Shown: positions 10,136 to 19,602 of the stretch, in pieces | How positions within the stretch are numbered: position 1 is the first letter of the stretch | Layout of the letters: every line of letters starts with the position of its first letter | Source: Verrucomicrobiota bacterium | GTDB taxonomy: Bacteria; Verrucomicrobiota; Verrucomicrobiia; Verrucomicrobiales; DEV007 | Reading direction: 5' to 3' | Assembly (NCBI GenBank): GCA_045046875.1 | Contig: JASFYY010000033.1 | Location: forward strand, 1-51,463 | Length of the DNA stretch: 51,463 bases | Translations under genes and position numbers: made by a program | The notes under the pieces: model-generated | Told to the model about the DNA's origin: nothing | Seen by the model: only the letters and a program-made list of their open reading frames with translations | Database searches by the model: none

Positions 10136-11135
10136 GAGTGGGCTCCGAATTGAGAATGCATTGCCGCGAGCGGTCACGATAGACCATCCCGATTTGAAAG
10201 AGCAGGGAAGTCAAAATAGCAAAAGCCAGTGGCCAGAAATACATTTCGTGGCGTGGACGATAGCTCACGCTTTCGATTTCACGGGTGTCCAACTGGTCGA
10301 GCGTGACGTAGATTTGTTCTAGTTGCTTGCGGTTGAGAGCTTGAAAAAATTCACCGTTCGTGGTGTCGGCGATTTCTTTCAAGCTTTGTGTATCGAGTTT
10401 GTCTTCACCTGCCGCTTCGGGATCACCCATCGCGATGGTATGGATGACGATGGCTTTGTCCTTGGCGATACGGGCCGCATCTGCGGGCGGGACTTTGCTG
10501 CTGGTATCGTTACCATCAGTGAGCAGTATGAGCACTCTGTCTGTTTGTTCACTACGGTCGAATACATTGATTGCCAGACCAATGGCATCCCCGATGGCAG
10601 TTTTGGGCCCGGCCATGCCGACCTGGGCTTCGTTGAGCAGTTCGCGGCAGACATTTAGATCGGTGGTGAAGGGGACTTGGACAAAGGCGGCGTTGCCAAA
10701 TAGAATCAGTCCGACACGGTCGCCTTCGCGGCGCTTGAGAAAGTCGTCGACCACTTGTTTGGTAGCGGTGAGGCGATCGACGATTTTTCCGGAGGCATCG
10801 GTGAAGTCTTCGATTTGCATCGAGGCAGAGAGGTCGATGGCGAGTAGCAGGTCGCGGGTGGCTTGGACGTGGGTGATGGGAGGCTCAAAATACTGGGGGC
10901 GAGCCAATGCGGTGACGATACTGATCCAGAAGACCCAGGCGGCGAGGCTTTGTGCGTGGGAGCGACTGAGAACAGCGGAGCCGCTGGCAGGATTTTTTCC
11001 AGTGAGCCGGGCGAGGCGATTGAGAAAGGGCACTCGAACGGCTGGGCGTTTTTCGTGATGCGCGGGCAGCAGGTGTTTCAGCAGCAGGGGTAAAACCAGC
11101 AGCACAAAAACCCAGGGATGGAGAAAGGCAAACAA
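10128..11135 (-). CDS. batA: VWA domain membrane protein (BatA-like)
   Basis: FLHPW, ALARPQ, MIDAS DLSASM, DRVGLILFG, TAIGDAIG and LLTDG; TTG start. Confidence 0.9.
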   Translation of the reverse strand: MFAFLHPWVFVLLVLPLLLKHLLPAHHEKRPAVRVPFLNRLARLTGKNPASGSAVLSRSHAQSLAAWVFWISIVTALARPQYFEPPITHVQATRDLLLAIDLSASMQIEDFTDASGKIVDRLTATKQVVDDFLKRREGDRVGLILFGNAAFVQVPFTTDLNVCRELLNEAQVGMAGPKTAIGDAIGLAINVFDRSEQTDRVLILLTDGNDTSSKVPPADAARIAKDKAIVIHTIAMGDPEAAGEDKLDTQSLKEIADTTNGEFFQALNRKQLEQIYVTLDQLDTREIESVSYRPRHEMYFWPLAFAILTSLLFQIGMVYRDRSRQCILNSEPTHD

Positions 11136-11139
11136 TGAA

Positions 11140-11164
11140 GAAGTTAGAAGTTAGAAGTTTGAAG
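11140..11164. repeat. Heptamer tandem repeat (GAAGTTA)n, about 3.5 copies
   Basis: gaagtta gaagtta gaagttt gaag at the DUF4381/batA junction. Confidence 0.6.
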
Positions 11165-11608
11165 GGAAAAATTTAGGATCCAGCTGCGGATGGTGGTTTT
11201 GAGATCGGAAAATTCGGTGGCAGCGGACTCGGTGGGTGCGTAAGAGAGGTCGAGCAGTTGCTGCCCGACTCTTTCGGTGAAGGCGGTGGTATTGCCAGTT
11301 TGGTCGAGGAATCTCAACCAGTCATCACCGCTGAGGGAAGCGACTTGTTCGCGGGGGGCGATGGATAGGGCGACGCGTTTGACGAGGGCGGGAAGTTGGG
11401 CTGGATTGATTGTTTCCAGTTCAAATAACGCTTCGCGGCGGAAACGGTTTTTTTGCCACTGTTGAATGAGTCGAATGCTGATCCATGTAGTGGCAATGAG
11501 CAGTGCAAGCATGAGGACATACCATCCTGGTGCCAGTGGCCACCAGGGCACGGGATCGGGCACGATGATGTCGTGCAGATGGTCGAGGCTGGTGGGGCTA
11601 GCAGTCAT
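11144..11608 (-). CDS. DUF4381 family protein
   Basis: LHDIIVPDPVPWWPLAPGWY, LVKRVAL and VASLSGDDWLRFLD motifs. Confidence 0.9.
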   Translation of the reverse strand: MTASPTSLDHLHDIIVPDPVPWWPLAPGWYVLMLALLIATTWISIRLIQQWQKNRFRREALFELETINPAQLPALVKRVALSIAPREQVASLSGDDWLRFLDQTGNTTAFTERVGQQLLDLSYAPTESAATEFSDLKTTIRSWILNFSLQTSNF

Positions 11609-12555
11609 TTTTTTGCAGCAGCTTTCCTGCCTTGACCAATGGCGGCTCCTAATTGGTCACGAATTTGTCGGGTGACATCGTGACTGGTTTCAATAGGTAA
11701 AAAAGGGATGGAACGTCCTCGGGAAATATTTTTCATCCGCTCGAGGCGCTCTTTGAAATCATTGGCAAACTGTTGGCGCAGTTTTTTTTCGCCGGTATTG
11801 ACTTCCAGTTGCAGTTCGCTTTCAGCCATGTGGAGCCGTCCAGCATTGGGCAGTTGAGCCTCCAGGGGGTCGTAGATGAAAAGTGACATCACATCATTGT
11901 GGGCAGAGAGTAAAGTGATCAGACGCTTGGTGTCCGGGTTCATGCCGTTGAAATCGCTGATGATACAAATGAGGTGATCGTGTTTGGCAATTTGCCTGGT
12001 TTGGCTCAATGCTTCGTTTAACATGCCGGGGTTGGCAGGTGGACTGTGCTCTTTGCCAAGCTGGCAATTTTTTTCTATTATGGCACCAAGCAGTTGGCGT
12101 ACCCGGCCACGGCTGCGGTGGGCTTTGATTGAAGTGATTTCTTCATCGTTAAAAACCAAAGCGCCAACCCGGTCACCGGCGGCAAGCACTTTCCATGCCC
12201 CGAGGGCGGCGGCTTCCGCGGCAGCTACTGATTTCATGGTGCGGCGGCTGCCAAAAAACATTGAGGATCGTTGATCGACTAAAAACAACACGGGGCGGTC
12301 GCGTTCTTCGGTGTAAACGCGGACATGTGGCTTTCGCATACGGGCGGTGACTTTCCAGTCCATGGTGCGCACGTCATCACCGGGTAAATAACCACGGATC
12401 TCCTCGAAGTTGAGCCCGCGACCGCGGAGGCGGGAAGCATGGCGACCGGCAAGGATACTGTGGATCGGTTGTCGCGGCAAAAAGCTGAACCCGCGCGCCC
12501 GATGCTCAAGACGCACCAGTTGGTCAAGGTCGGCGTAAATACGGGAGTCGTTCAT
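11605..12555 (-). CDS. DUF58 family protein
   Basis: RGRGLNFEEIRGYLPGDDVRTMDWKVTAR, EERDRP and DQRSSMFFGS. Confidence 0.93.
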   Translation of the reverse strand: MNDSRIYADLDQLVRLEHRARGFSFLPRQPIHSILAGRHASRLRGRGLNFEEIRGYLPGDDVRTMDWKVTARMRKPHVRVYTEERDRPVLFLVDQRSSMFFGSRRTMKSVAAAEAAALGAWKVLAAGDRVGALVFNDEEITSIKAHRSRGRVRQLLGAIIEKNCQLGKEHSPPANPGMLNEALSQTRQIAKHDHLICIISDFNGMNPDTKRLITLLSAHNDVMSLFIYDPLEAQLPNAGRLHMAESELQLEVNTGEKKLRQQFANDFKERLERMKNISRGRSIPFLPIETSHDVTRQIRDQLGAAIGQGRKAAAKK

Positions 12556-12562
12556 GGGGTAT

Positions 12563-13531
12563 TCAGGCGACGGCGACTTTGGCGACGATTTGTTTTAATA
12601 CTTCATCGGCACTGATTCCATCTGCCTCGGCTTCGTAGCTTAGCATCAGGCGATGCCGCAGGCAGTCGTGCACGATAGATTGAATATCATCGGGGGTGAC
12701 GAAATCCCGCCCGTGCAGCCATGCGTGGGAGCGCGCAACTTTGTCTAGAGCAATGCCGCCGCGTGGACTGGCTCCAACGTCGATCAGTTTGCCAATGTCA
12801 TCACCATAACGCTCAGGGTGACGGGTAGCGGTGATCAGGTCGACGATGTACTGATCCATGTTGTCAGACACTTTAACTTGTTGAATCTCATTACGGGCAT
12901 TGAAGACGGTTTGCTGGGAAATGAGTTCGGCTTTTTCGCTTTTGCCTTTATTGCCTTCCTCTCCCCGCACTAGGCGAATGATTTCCACTTCCGATTCTTC
13001 GGGGGCGTAAGTGATGATGACATGCATCAGGAAGCGATCCATTTGCGCTTCGGGCAGCGGGTAAGTGCCTTCTTGTTCGACTGGGTTCTGGGTGGCAAGT
13101 ACCATGAAAAGCGGAGGCAGTTGATGGGTGTTTTGACCGACGGTGACGGTGCGTTCCTCCATCGCTTCGAGCAGGGCGGCTTGGACTTTGGCGGGGGCGC
13201 GGTTGACTTCGTCGGCGAGCACCAGATTGCCAAAAATAGGGCCGGGTTGGAACTTGAAGTTCCCTTTTCCGCCTTCTTCAAAATACATATCCGAGCCAGT
13301 GATGTCGGCGGGCAGCAAGTCGGGGGTGAATTGGATGCGGCTGAAATCGGATTCCAAATTGTCGGCGAGGGTTTTGATCGCCCGTGTTTTGGCCAGACCG
13401 GGAAGACCTTCCATCAGCACGTTGCCATTGGCAAGCAGGGCGAGGATGAGTCGTTCAACGACTTTTTCCTGACCAATGATGGATTGACTGACACGGGCCT
13501 GGAGTTGCTGGATGGATGCGAGAGTGGACAT
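12563..13531 (-). CDS. moxR: MoxR-family AAA+ ATPase
   Basis: Walker A EGLPGLAKT; RIQFTPDLLPAD; LADEVNRAPAKVQAALLEAMEE; ATQNPVEQEGTYPLPEAQMDRF. Confidence 0.96.
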   Translation of the reverse strand: MSTLASIQQLQARVSQSIIGQEKVVERLILALLANGNVLMEGLPGLAKTRAIKTLADNLESDFSRIQFTPDLLPADITGSDMYFEEGGKGNFKFQPGPIFGNLVLADEVNRAPAKVQAALLEAMEERTVTVGQNTHQLPPLFMVLATQNPVEQEGTYPLPEAQMDRFLMHVIITYAPEESEVEIIRLVRGEEGNKGKSEKAELISQQTVFNARNEIQQVKVSDNMDQYIVDLITATRHPERYGDDIGKLIDVGASPRGGIALDKVARSHAWLHGRDFVTPDDIQSIVHDCLRHRLMLSYEAEADGISADEVLKQIVAKVAVA

Positions 13532-13587
13532 AACTGGAAAAGTGTCTCATACGAAGGTGCAAAGATACGAAGTTTTTTAAGGGAGAA

Positions 13588-14568
13588 TTATTTTTTATTA
13601 GTGGGATAGATGCGATTCCAGTCGTTTTTCATGCTGATGATGTTCCATTTGCGTTTTTTGGCTTGCTCGAGTCCACGCTTGAGCTGGCCGATGTGGGAAT
13701 CGCGATCATAGGCCCATTCGCGCTTGGCGTCGTCGTGGTGCACGAGTAGACCGAAGCGGGCACCTTTGCCGGTGGTGGTGTATTCGAGCATTTGAAAGTC
13801 GCCGTCGGAATTGCCGGCGGCAAAGATGGGGCGGCGGCCGATGTGTTGATAGATACCGACGGGTTTGCCTTCTTTGTCGTCGATGAAATTCAGTTTGGGT
13901 AGTTTTACTAGAGTGGGATTGCCGTCCCGGATTTCATAAGCGGCTTTGATACTGCTACCGACCACTTGTTCGGGTGGAATGCCGTAGGTTTCTTCGGCGA
14001 AAACACGGACAAAATCGATGCCGCCACCGGTGACGATGAAGGTTTTGAAATCATTGGCACGCAGATAAGCGAGTAATTCGAGCATCGGTTGGAAGACCAT
14101 TTGATTGTAAGGGCGACCGGTTTTTGGATGGTGGGCGGTGGCAAGCCATTTGCGCACGCTTTGATCGAAGTCTTCTGTAGTGACATTGGCGTGGGTGGCC
14201 ATGGCGAGTTCCATCAGGGCTTTTTTGCCTCCAGTGAGAGCTTTTTTGGTATCGTTTTTGAGGATGGAGGCAAAGGGCTCGGTGGTTTTCCACTCGGGGT
14301 GTTGCGGAGCGAGCATTTTGATTTGATCGATGATGAAGATGAGTTGGAAGTAAATTGGTTGCTCGCTCCACAGGCAGCCGTCGTTGTCGAAAGTGGCGAT
14401 GCGTTTGGCCGGTAAGACATAGTCCGGCGAGTCCGCTTGGGTGGTGCGCTCGACAAATGAGATGATAGCTTGTTTGTTGGATCCTTCGTTCCATGAGGGC
14501 AGTGGGTCGGCGTGAAGCAGCGAGCTAAGGGCTGAGGAAAGAGCCAGGGTTGTGAGAAGAAGTTTCAT
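13588..14568 (-). CDS. Secreted HAD-superfamily phosphatase
   Basis: Signal peptide; motif I FDNDGCLWSEQP; IVTGGG; GNSDGDFQML. Confidence 0.9.
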   Translation of the reverse strand: MKLLLTTLALSSALSSLLHADPLPSWNEGSNKQAIISFVERTTQADSPDYVLPAKRIATFDNDGCLWSEQPIYFQLIFIIDQIKMLAPQHPEWKTTEPFASILKNDTKKALTGGKKALMELAMATHANVTTEDFDQSVRKWLATAHHPKTGRPYNQMVFQPMLELLAYLRANDFKTFIVTGGGIDFVRVFAEETYGIPPEQVVGSSIKAAYEIRDGNPTLVKLPKLNFIDDKEGKPVGIYQHIGRRPIFAAGNSDGDFQMLEYTTTGKGARFGLLVHHDDAKREWAYDRDSHIGQLKRGLEQAKKRKWNIISMKNDWNRIYPTNKK

Positions 14569-14612
14569 GTTATAGCTTTGTGGTTATTTTATAAGTTAAA
14601 GTCGTAAAGAAT

Positions 14613-14646
14613 AAAAAACCGCACTGATTTTTTTTCAGTGCGGTTT
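14613..14646 (-). terminator. Rho-independent terminator downstream of the arylsulfatase pair
   Basis: 12-bp inverted repeat aaaccgcactga / tcagtgcggttt; the A-run at 14613-14618 gives a U-tail on the minus strand. Confidence 0.8.
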
Positions 14647-14672
14647 GATGTCTATTTAAAAAGGCAGGCTGC

Positions 14673-16211
14673 TTATTGGCGGCTTGAGGATTTTTTCATA
14701 GTGCTGAGAACCGCATCGATGCTCAGTGAGTCACCCGTAGTAGCTGGAAATTCTTTGAAAGTATCAAGGAATTTAGCAACCATTGCTTGAGCTGGGACAA
14801 ACATCCACATCTGGTCTGCGTAAAAATTACGCACGTAGAGCGCAGAATCGGGGCCAGTTTCATATGGATCCATTCTCAAGTTGACGATGAGAGGCCAACT
14901 TGGGGTCTTACGATAGGCTTCGGCGATTGAGCCTTCCATGACGGTGAAGTGAACTTTCCAGTCTTTGTAACGAATGGCATTCAAGTTACTGCCGGCATCA
15001 AAGTAGTAAATTTCGTTTCTTTTCCCGGGACCTTTGCCTGTGAGCAGGTCGAGTTGGTTGTATCCATCAATGTGAGCCTTGAATGTTTTGTCGTTGGCTT
15101 TATGCCCTGTGAGAAGCTTCTCTTTGACATCGGGTTCACCGACTGCAGCAAGCAGAGTGGGCATCCAGTCTTCATGAGAGAAGATGTCATTGATGATGGT
15201 GCCGGGTTTGATGTGTCCAGGCCATTTGACTAACTGAGGGATCCGAAATCCGCCTTCCCAAGTGGTGCCTTTTTCTCCACGGAAAGGGGTGGTTCCTCCA
15301 TCCGGCCAAGTGAATTTTTCCGCGCCATTATCGGTGCTGAAAACCACGATGGTATTGTCTGCGATTCCAAGGTCGTCGAGTTTTTTGAGCAGAGCACCCA
15401 CGGTGTCGTCAAGTTCCATCATGCCGTCGGCATACATACCGTAACCGGATTTGCCTTTGTATTTTTCACTGAGATGGGTCCAGACGTGCATGCGGGTGGT
15501 GTTGTGCCATACAAAGAAGGGTTTGTCTGCTTTGTGCGCACGGTCGATGAAGTCCAAGCTGGCATTGAGAAACTCCGTATCAGCGGTCTCCATGCGTTTT
15601 TTGGTCAAAGGTCCGGTATCTTCAGTTTTGCCGTCGGCAAAAGAGTGCAGCACACCACGAGGCCCAAATTTCTTTTTGAACGCAGGGTCTTTGGGGTAGA
15701 ACTCACTTTCGGGCTCTTCTTCAGCATTTAAGTGATAAAGATTACCAAAAAACTCATCAAACCCGTGAGCAGTGGGCAGGTGTTCATCGCGGTCACCGAG
15801 ATGGTTTTTACCAAACTGACCAGATGTGTAACCGTGGTTTTTAAGCAGCTCAGCAATGGTCGGATCTTTGTCCTGAATACCTTGTTTTGCCCCAGGCATT
15901 CCGATGGTCAGGAGACCTGTGCGGAAAGGGTGTTGCCCAAGGATGAAAGAAGCGCGTCCAGCGGTGCAACTCTGCTGTGCATAGGCGTCGGTGAATAGAG
16001 CACCTTCTTTTGCGATGCGGTCGATGTTGGGAGTGCTTCCCCCCATCATACCTCGGTGGTAGGCGCTGATGTTGTCAATGCCGAGGTCGTCTCCCCAGAT
16101 GACGAGGATGTTGGGTTTTTTGTCTGCTGCTGAAACAGCAGATGTGATGGCGGATGCGACCAGCACGATGATCGTGCAGGTGGCGCGGCGCAGTTGTGTT
16201 GTTAGTTTCAT
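14673..16211 (-). CDS. Arylsulfatase (Cys-type formylglycine-dependent, S1 family)
   Basis: KPNILVIWGDD; CTAGR motif; GKNHLG; STDNG; signal peptide. Confidence 0.95.
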   Translation of the reverse strand: MKLTTQLRRATCTIIVLVASAITSAVSAADKKPNILVIWGDDLGIDNISAYHRGMMGGSTPNIDRIAKEGALFTDAYAQQSCTAGRASFILGQHPFRTGLLTIGMPGAKQGIQDKDPTIAELLKNHGYTSGQFGKNHLGDRDEHLPTAHGFDEFFGNLYHLNAEEEPESEFYPKDPAFKKKFGPRGVLHSFADGKTEDTGPLTKKRMETADTEFLNASLDFIDRAHKADKPFFVWHNTTRMHVWTHLSEKYKGKSGYGMYADGMMELDDTVGALLKKLDDLGIADNTIVVFSTDNGAEKFTWPDGGTTPFRGEKGTTWEGGFRIPQLVKWPGHIKPGTIINDIFSHEDWMPTLLAAVGEPDVKEKLLTGHKANDKTFKAHIDGYNQLDLLTGKGPGKRNEIYYFDAGSNLNAIRYKDWKVHFTVMEGSIAEAYRKTPSWPLIVNLRMDPYETGPDSALYVRNFYADQMWMFVPAQAMVAKFLDTFKEFPATTGDSLSIDAVLSTMKKSSSRQ

Positions 16212-16238
16212 TATTTTATAAGTAAAGTTGAAATGGTT

Positions 16239-17816
16239 TCAGTGGTTTCCTGGGTCGGTCATTGTTTTCATGACTTCATCCAAGTTGAAACTGGCGGCTT
16301 TTTGGCGCGGTGGGAATTCCTTGAAAGTTCCGAGGAAATCTCCGACGTAGCTAGAAGCTGGTAGCAAGAGGTAAACGCGGTCGAGCATCCAGTCGTAGTA
16401 GGTGTTGGAGGTTTTCTCAGCGCGCTCATAGGGATCGCGACGCAGATTGAAGATCAGCGGCACACGCAGTGTTACAAAAGGTTCCATCCAAACACGGAAG
16501 GTGCCTTCGGTTTTTTGCTCCATGAAAACGACCTTCCAGTCTTTGTAACGTAAGGCAGTCAAATCACCATCGTCGGAGAAGTAGAAAACTTCATTGCGGG
16601 GGCTAGGAACGTTATCGGGATCTTTGAGGTGGGCTGTAAGGTCATAACCATCGAGATGGATCTTGTAATCACGTCCCAGAGCTTTGGAGGTATAACCATC
16701 GAGCAGATCTTTTTTGATGTCCGTTTTTCCTGCTGCTGCAAGGAAAGTAGGCAACCAGTCCATATGGTGAACCACGCCGTTACTGACGGAACCAGGTTTA
16801 ACCACTCCAGGCCAGCGTACCACTGCAGGAACTCTCCAGCCGCCTTCCCAGTTGGTGTTTTTCTCACCGCGGAAAGGAGTGGCGGCGGCATCGGGCCAAG
16901 TGTTGTAATGTGGGCCGTTGTCGGTTGAATAATGAATGATGGTATTGTCAGCGATGCCGAGTTCGTCGAGCACTTTGAGGAATTCGCCAATGTGCATGTC
17001 GTGTTCAACCATGCCTGCCTGGTATTCGTCGGCGTTGGGATATTTTTTGGCGATCAAGTCACGTTTAGCTGAGCTGACGTGGGTCCTGAAATGCATCCGA
17101 GTTCCACTCCACCAGACAAACCAGGGTTTGTCGGCTTTGGTCTGGCGTTGGATGAAATCAATGGCTGCAGCGACGGTTTCGTCGTCGATGGTCTCCATGC
17201 GTTTTTTGGTCAGCGGACCGGTGTCTTCGATTTTGCCATCAGCAGAGGATTTGATCACCCCGCGTGGGCCGAATTTTTGGCGAAACTTGGGATCTTTCGG
17301 ATAATCTTCGTTTTCCGGTTCTTCTTCGGCGTTGAGGTGATAGAGATTACCGAGAAATTCGTCAAAACCGTGATTGGTGGGGAGCATCTCATCGCGGTCA
17401 CCGAGATGGTTTTTGCCAAATTGACCGGTGCTGTAACCTTGGTCTTTCAGTAATCCTGCGATGGTAGGATCCTTGACGTTCATGCCTTGTTTGGCACCTG
17501 GCAGCCCGACTTTACTCAAACCCGTACGTAATACACTTTGCCCCATGATGAAGGATGAGCGTCCGGCGGTGCAGCTTTGTTCACCGTAATAATCAGTGAA
17601 AATGATACCTTCCCGGGCAATGCGGTCGATGTTGGGAGTGCGATAACCCATCATGCCTTTGGTGTAGGCGGAGATGTTGGATTGCCCGACGTCGTCACCC
17701 CATATCACCAGGATGTTGGGTTTTTTGTCGGCGGCGTGAGTGGCCGTGGTGATCAGCGATGTCATCAGTGCGATGACGCAGCTTGTGGTTTTTAAGATTT
17801 TAGTGATCGGCTTCAT
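16239..17816 (-). CDS. Arylsulfatase (S1 family), paralogue of the downstream gene
   Basis: KPNILVIWGDD; SCTAGRSS; GKNHLG; STDNG; signal peptide from MKPITK. Confidence 0.95.
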   Translation of the reverse strand: MKPITKILKTTSCVIALMTSLITTATHAADKKPNILVIWGDDVGQSNISAYTKGMMGYRTPNIDRIAREGIIFTDYYGEQSCTAGRSSFIMGQSVLRTGLSKVGLPGAKQGMNVKDPTIAGLLKDQGYSTGQFGKNHLGDRDEMLPTNHGFDEFLGNLYHLNAEEEPENEDYPKDPKFRQKFGPRGVIKSSADGKIEDTGPLTKKRMETIDDETVAAAIDFIQRQTKADKPWFVWWSGTRMHFRTHVSSAKRDLIAKKYPNADEYQAGMVEHDMHIGEFLKVLDELGIADNTIIHYSTDNGPHYNTWPDAAATPFRGEKNTNWEGGWRVPAVVRWPGVVKPGSVSNGVVHHMDWLPTFLAAAGKTDIKKDLLDGYTSKALGRDYKIHLDGYDLTAHLKDPDNVPSPRNEVFYFSDDGDLTALRYKDWKVVFMEQKTEGTFRVWMEPFVTLRVPLIFNLRRDPYERAEKTSNTYYDWMLDRVYLLLPASSYVGDFLGTFKEFPPRQKAASFNLDEVMKTMTDPGNH

Positions 17817-17940
17817 TATGTTCAGACTGTGTTTGTGTGTGGCAGAGGCTAGTTGAAAGCAGGATGCCTTGTCAATCACGTAGTTATATTTCTAATTTTA
17901 TTACAGAAGCTTAATCGATAGGATATATCGCAGCGGGCTT

Positions 17941-18507
17941 TTATTTGTTGGCTACAAAAACAAAAGCCGGGGGGAAGTTGAGTAGCACGGAGCGGGTGCG
18001 GTTGACGCTGGTAAAATAATCGTCGAGCAGGTGGCGGAAGCGTTTGGCGGGTTTGAGCAGATGCACTCCGGTGTAAGCGAAGGTGACGAAGGTGCCGTTG
18101 TCCTTGAGGTGGGGGATGACATTGTCAAGCATCGCCCGTTGCAGGCTTTCGGGAAATTTTGCCCACGGTAGTCCGCTGACGATAATGTCGAACTGGCCGT
18201 GCTCTTTGACCCAGGCGCTGAAGTCAAAGTCTTGTCCCGGGGCTTGTTCAAAATGCATGTCAGGGTGTTTGCCTTGAAGGTGGGAGTGAAAGTCGGCGTT
18301 GATTTCGATGCCGAGGTATTGTCCGTCCGGGCCCAGGGTTTTTTCAAGATCGCGGGTGAAGGCGCCGGTGCCAGGACCGAGCTCGAGCACATGGGAACCA
18401 GAGCTTACCCCGGCTGAGCTGACGACGTGTCTGGCTAGTTTGGGGCCGGATGGGGCGATGGCACCGGTGTGGTGGAAGTGACTGAGGAAGTTACGGTAAA
18501 AGGGCAT
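17941..18507 (-). CDS. Class I SAM-dependent methyltransferase (phospholipid N-methyltransferase PmtA-like)
   Basis: TGAIAPSG..LA; VLELGPGTGAFT; IVSGLPW; FVTFAY; NFPPAFV. Confidence 0.85.
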   Translation of the reverse strand: MPFYRNFLSHFHHTGAIAPSGPKLARHVVSSAGVSSGSHVLELGPGTGAFTRDLEKTLGPDGQYLGIEINADFHSHLQGKHPDMHFEQAPGQDFDFSAWVKEHGQFDIIVSGLPWAKFPESLQRAMLDNVIPHLKDNGTFVTFAYTGVHLLKPAKRFRHLLDDYFTSVNRTRSVLLNFPPAFVFVANK

Positions 18508-18554
18508 GGGAAAGAAGTTGGAATTCAGGAGTAAGAATATAGAATGGTGTGGTT

Positions 18555-19571
18555 TTAGAATTTTACTTTGGCTAGGTAGATGGCGGTTTTTTTCTCGTGA
18601 GAGGAGTAGTAGCTGATCCACAACATGTCGTCGTGCCAGACTAGGCCGGGGTAGCTGGTATCGCCGCCGGAGGGTAGGGTGATAAATTCATTAAGTTCGC
18701 CTTTGTCCGGGTCGAGCCAGGCGAGCACGGTTTTGGCATTTTTTGTACTGCCACGAAACATCCGGGCGGCGACCACGATGCGTCCGTCAGGTAGGGTGAT
18801 CATGTTGGGGCCACCGATGCGTCGATTGAGCTTCTTCCAGGTCCACTCGGTGTAGGGCGGGCGGCTGCTTCCTAAGCGGGCCATTTTGTCGCCGGCTTCG
18901 TAACGGAAAATACAGAGAGCCGTGCCGTCTTTTTGAAACATGATCGTGTCTTCTCCGGCACCGGCAGGCAGGTTCACTTTTGAGATCAGGGTTTCGAATT
19001 TGAGACCGTCGGAGGATTTATAAAATCTGACCTTGCGGGTATTGCGGTCACGCTCGGTGCTGTAGCCCATGGTGTAAGCGGCGTCCTTGTTCCACGAAAC
19101 CCGCCATAGCCAGTAGCCGGGGTCGCCGATGCGCCGTCCTTGATCCCAGGTTTTGCCACCATCTTTAGATAACCAGGACATCGAGTGGTAGCGGATGTCG
19201 GCATCCGCGATCATACCGGCTCCGTTGAGCAAAAGGTTGCCGTCGGGAGTGAGGCTGATTTTGGCGTCACGCAGGTCTTCTGTGGGATGAGTGACCAGGC
19301 TGAGAGCTTGCCAGGTTTCGCCATCGCTGGAGGTCAGAATACGCAGGCTGCCGTCGGGTGAGACGTGGGCGCTGCCTTCGCGGAAAACACAGAGCCAGTG
19401 GTCGTCATAGCGGATGAGGCCGGTGAAAGCGTTGTGTGCGGCTTGATCCCAAATGCGTGTTGCTGAAACCAGTTGGGGTTCGGCGGCGGTGAGGTTGGAC
19501 GGATTTGCGTTTGCGAAAATCGTTGCAGCGCTCAAGAGTCCAAACAGGTGTAAGAGGTGGGCGTTTTTCAT
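18555..19571 (-). CDS. Sialidase-like BNR/Asp-box protein
   Basis: Signal peptide; HNAFTGL, FREG, SSDGETW, SKDGGKTW, SSDGLKF and GDTSYPG. Confidence 0.82.
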   Translation of the reverse strand: MKNAHLLHLFGLLSAATIFANANPSNLTAAEPQLVSATRIWDQAAHNAFTGLIRYDDHWLCVFREGSAHVSPDGSLRILTSSDGETWQALSLVTHPTEDLRDAKISLTPDGNLLLNGAGMIADADIRYHSMSWLSKDGGKTWDQGRRIGDPGYWLWRVSWNKDAAYTMGYSTERDRNTRKVRFYKSSDGLKFETLISKVNLPAGAGEDTIMFQKDGTALCIFRYEAGDKMARLGSSRPPYTEWTWKKLNRRIGGPNMITLPDGRIVVAARMFRGSTKNAKTVLAWLDPDKGELNEFITLPSGGDTSYPGLVWHDDMLWISYYSSHEKKTAIYLAKVKF

Positions 19572-19602
19572 TTTTGGGTAAAAAGGAGAATGGGCTTACG
19601 GT

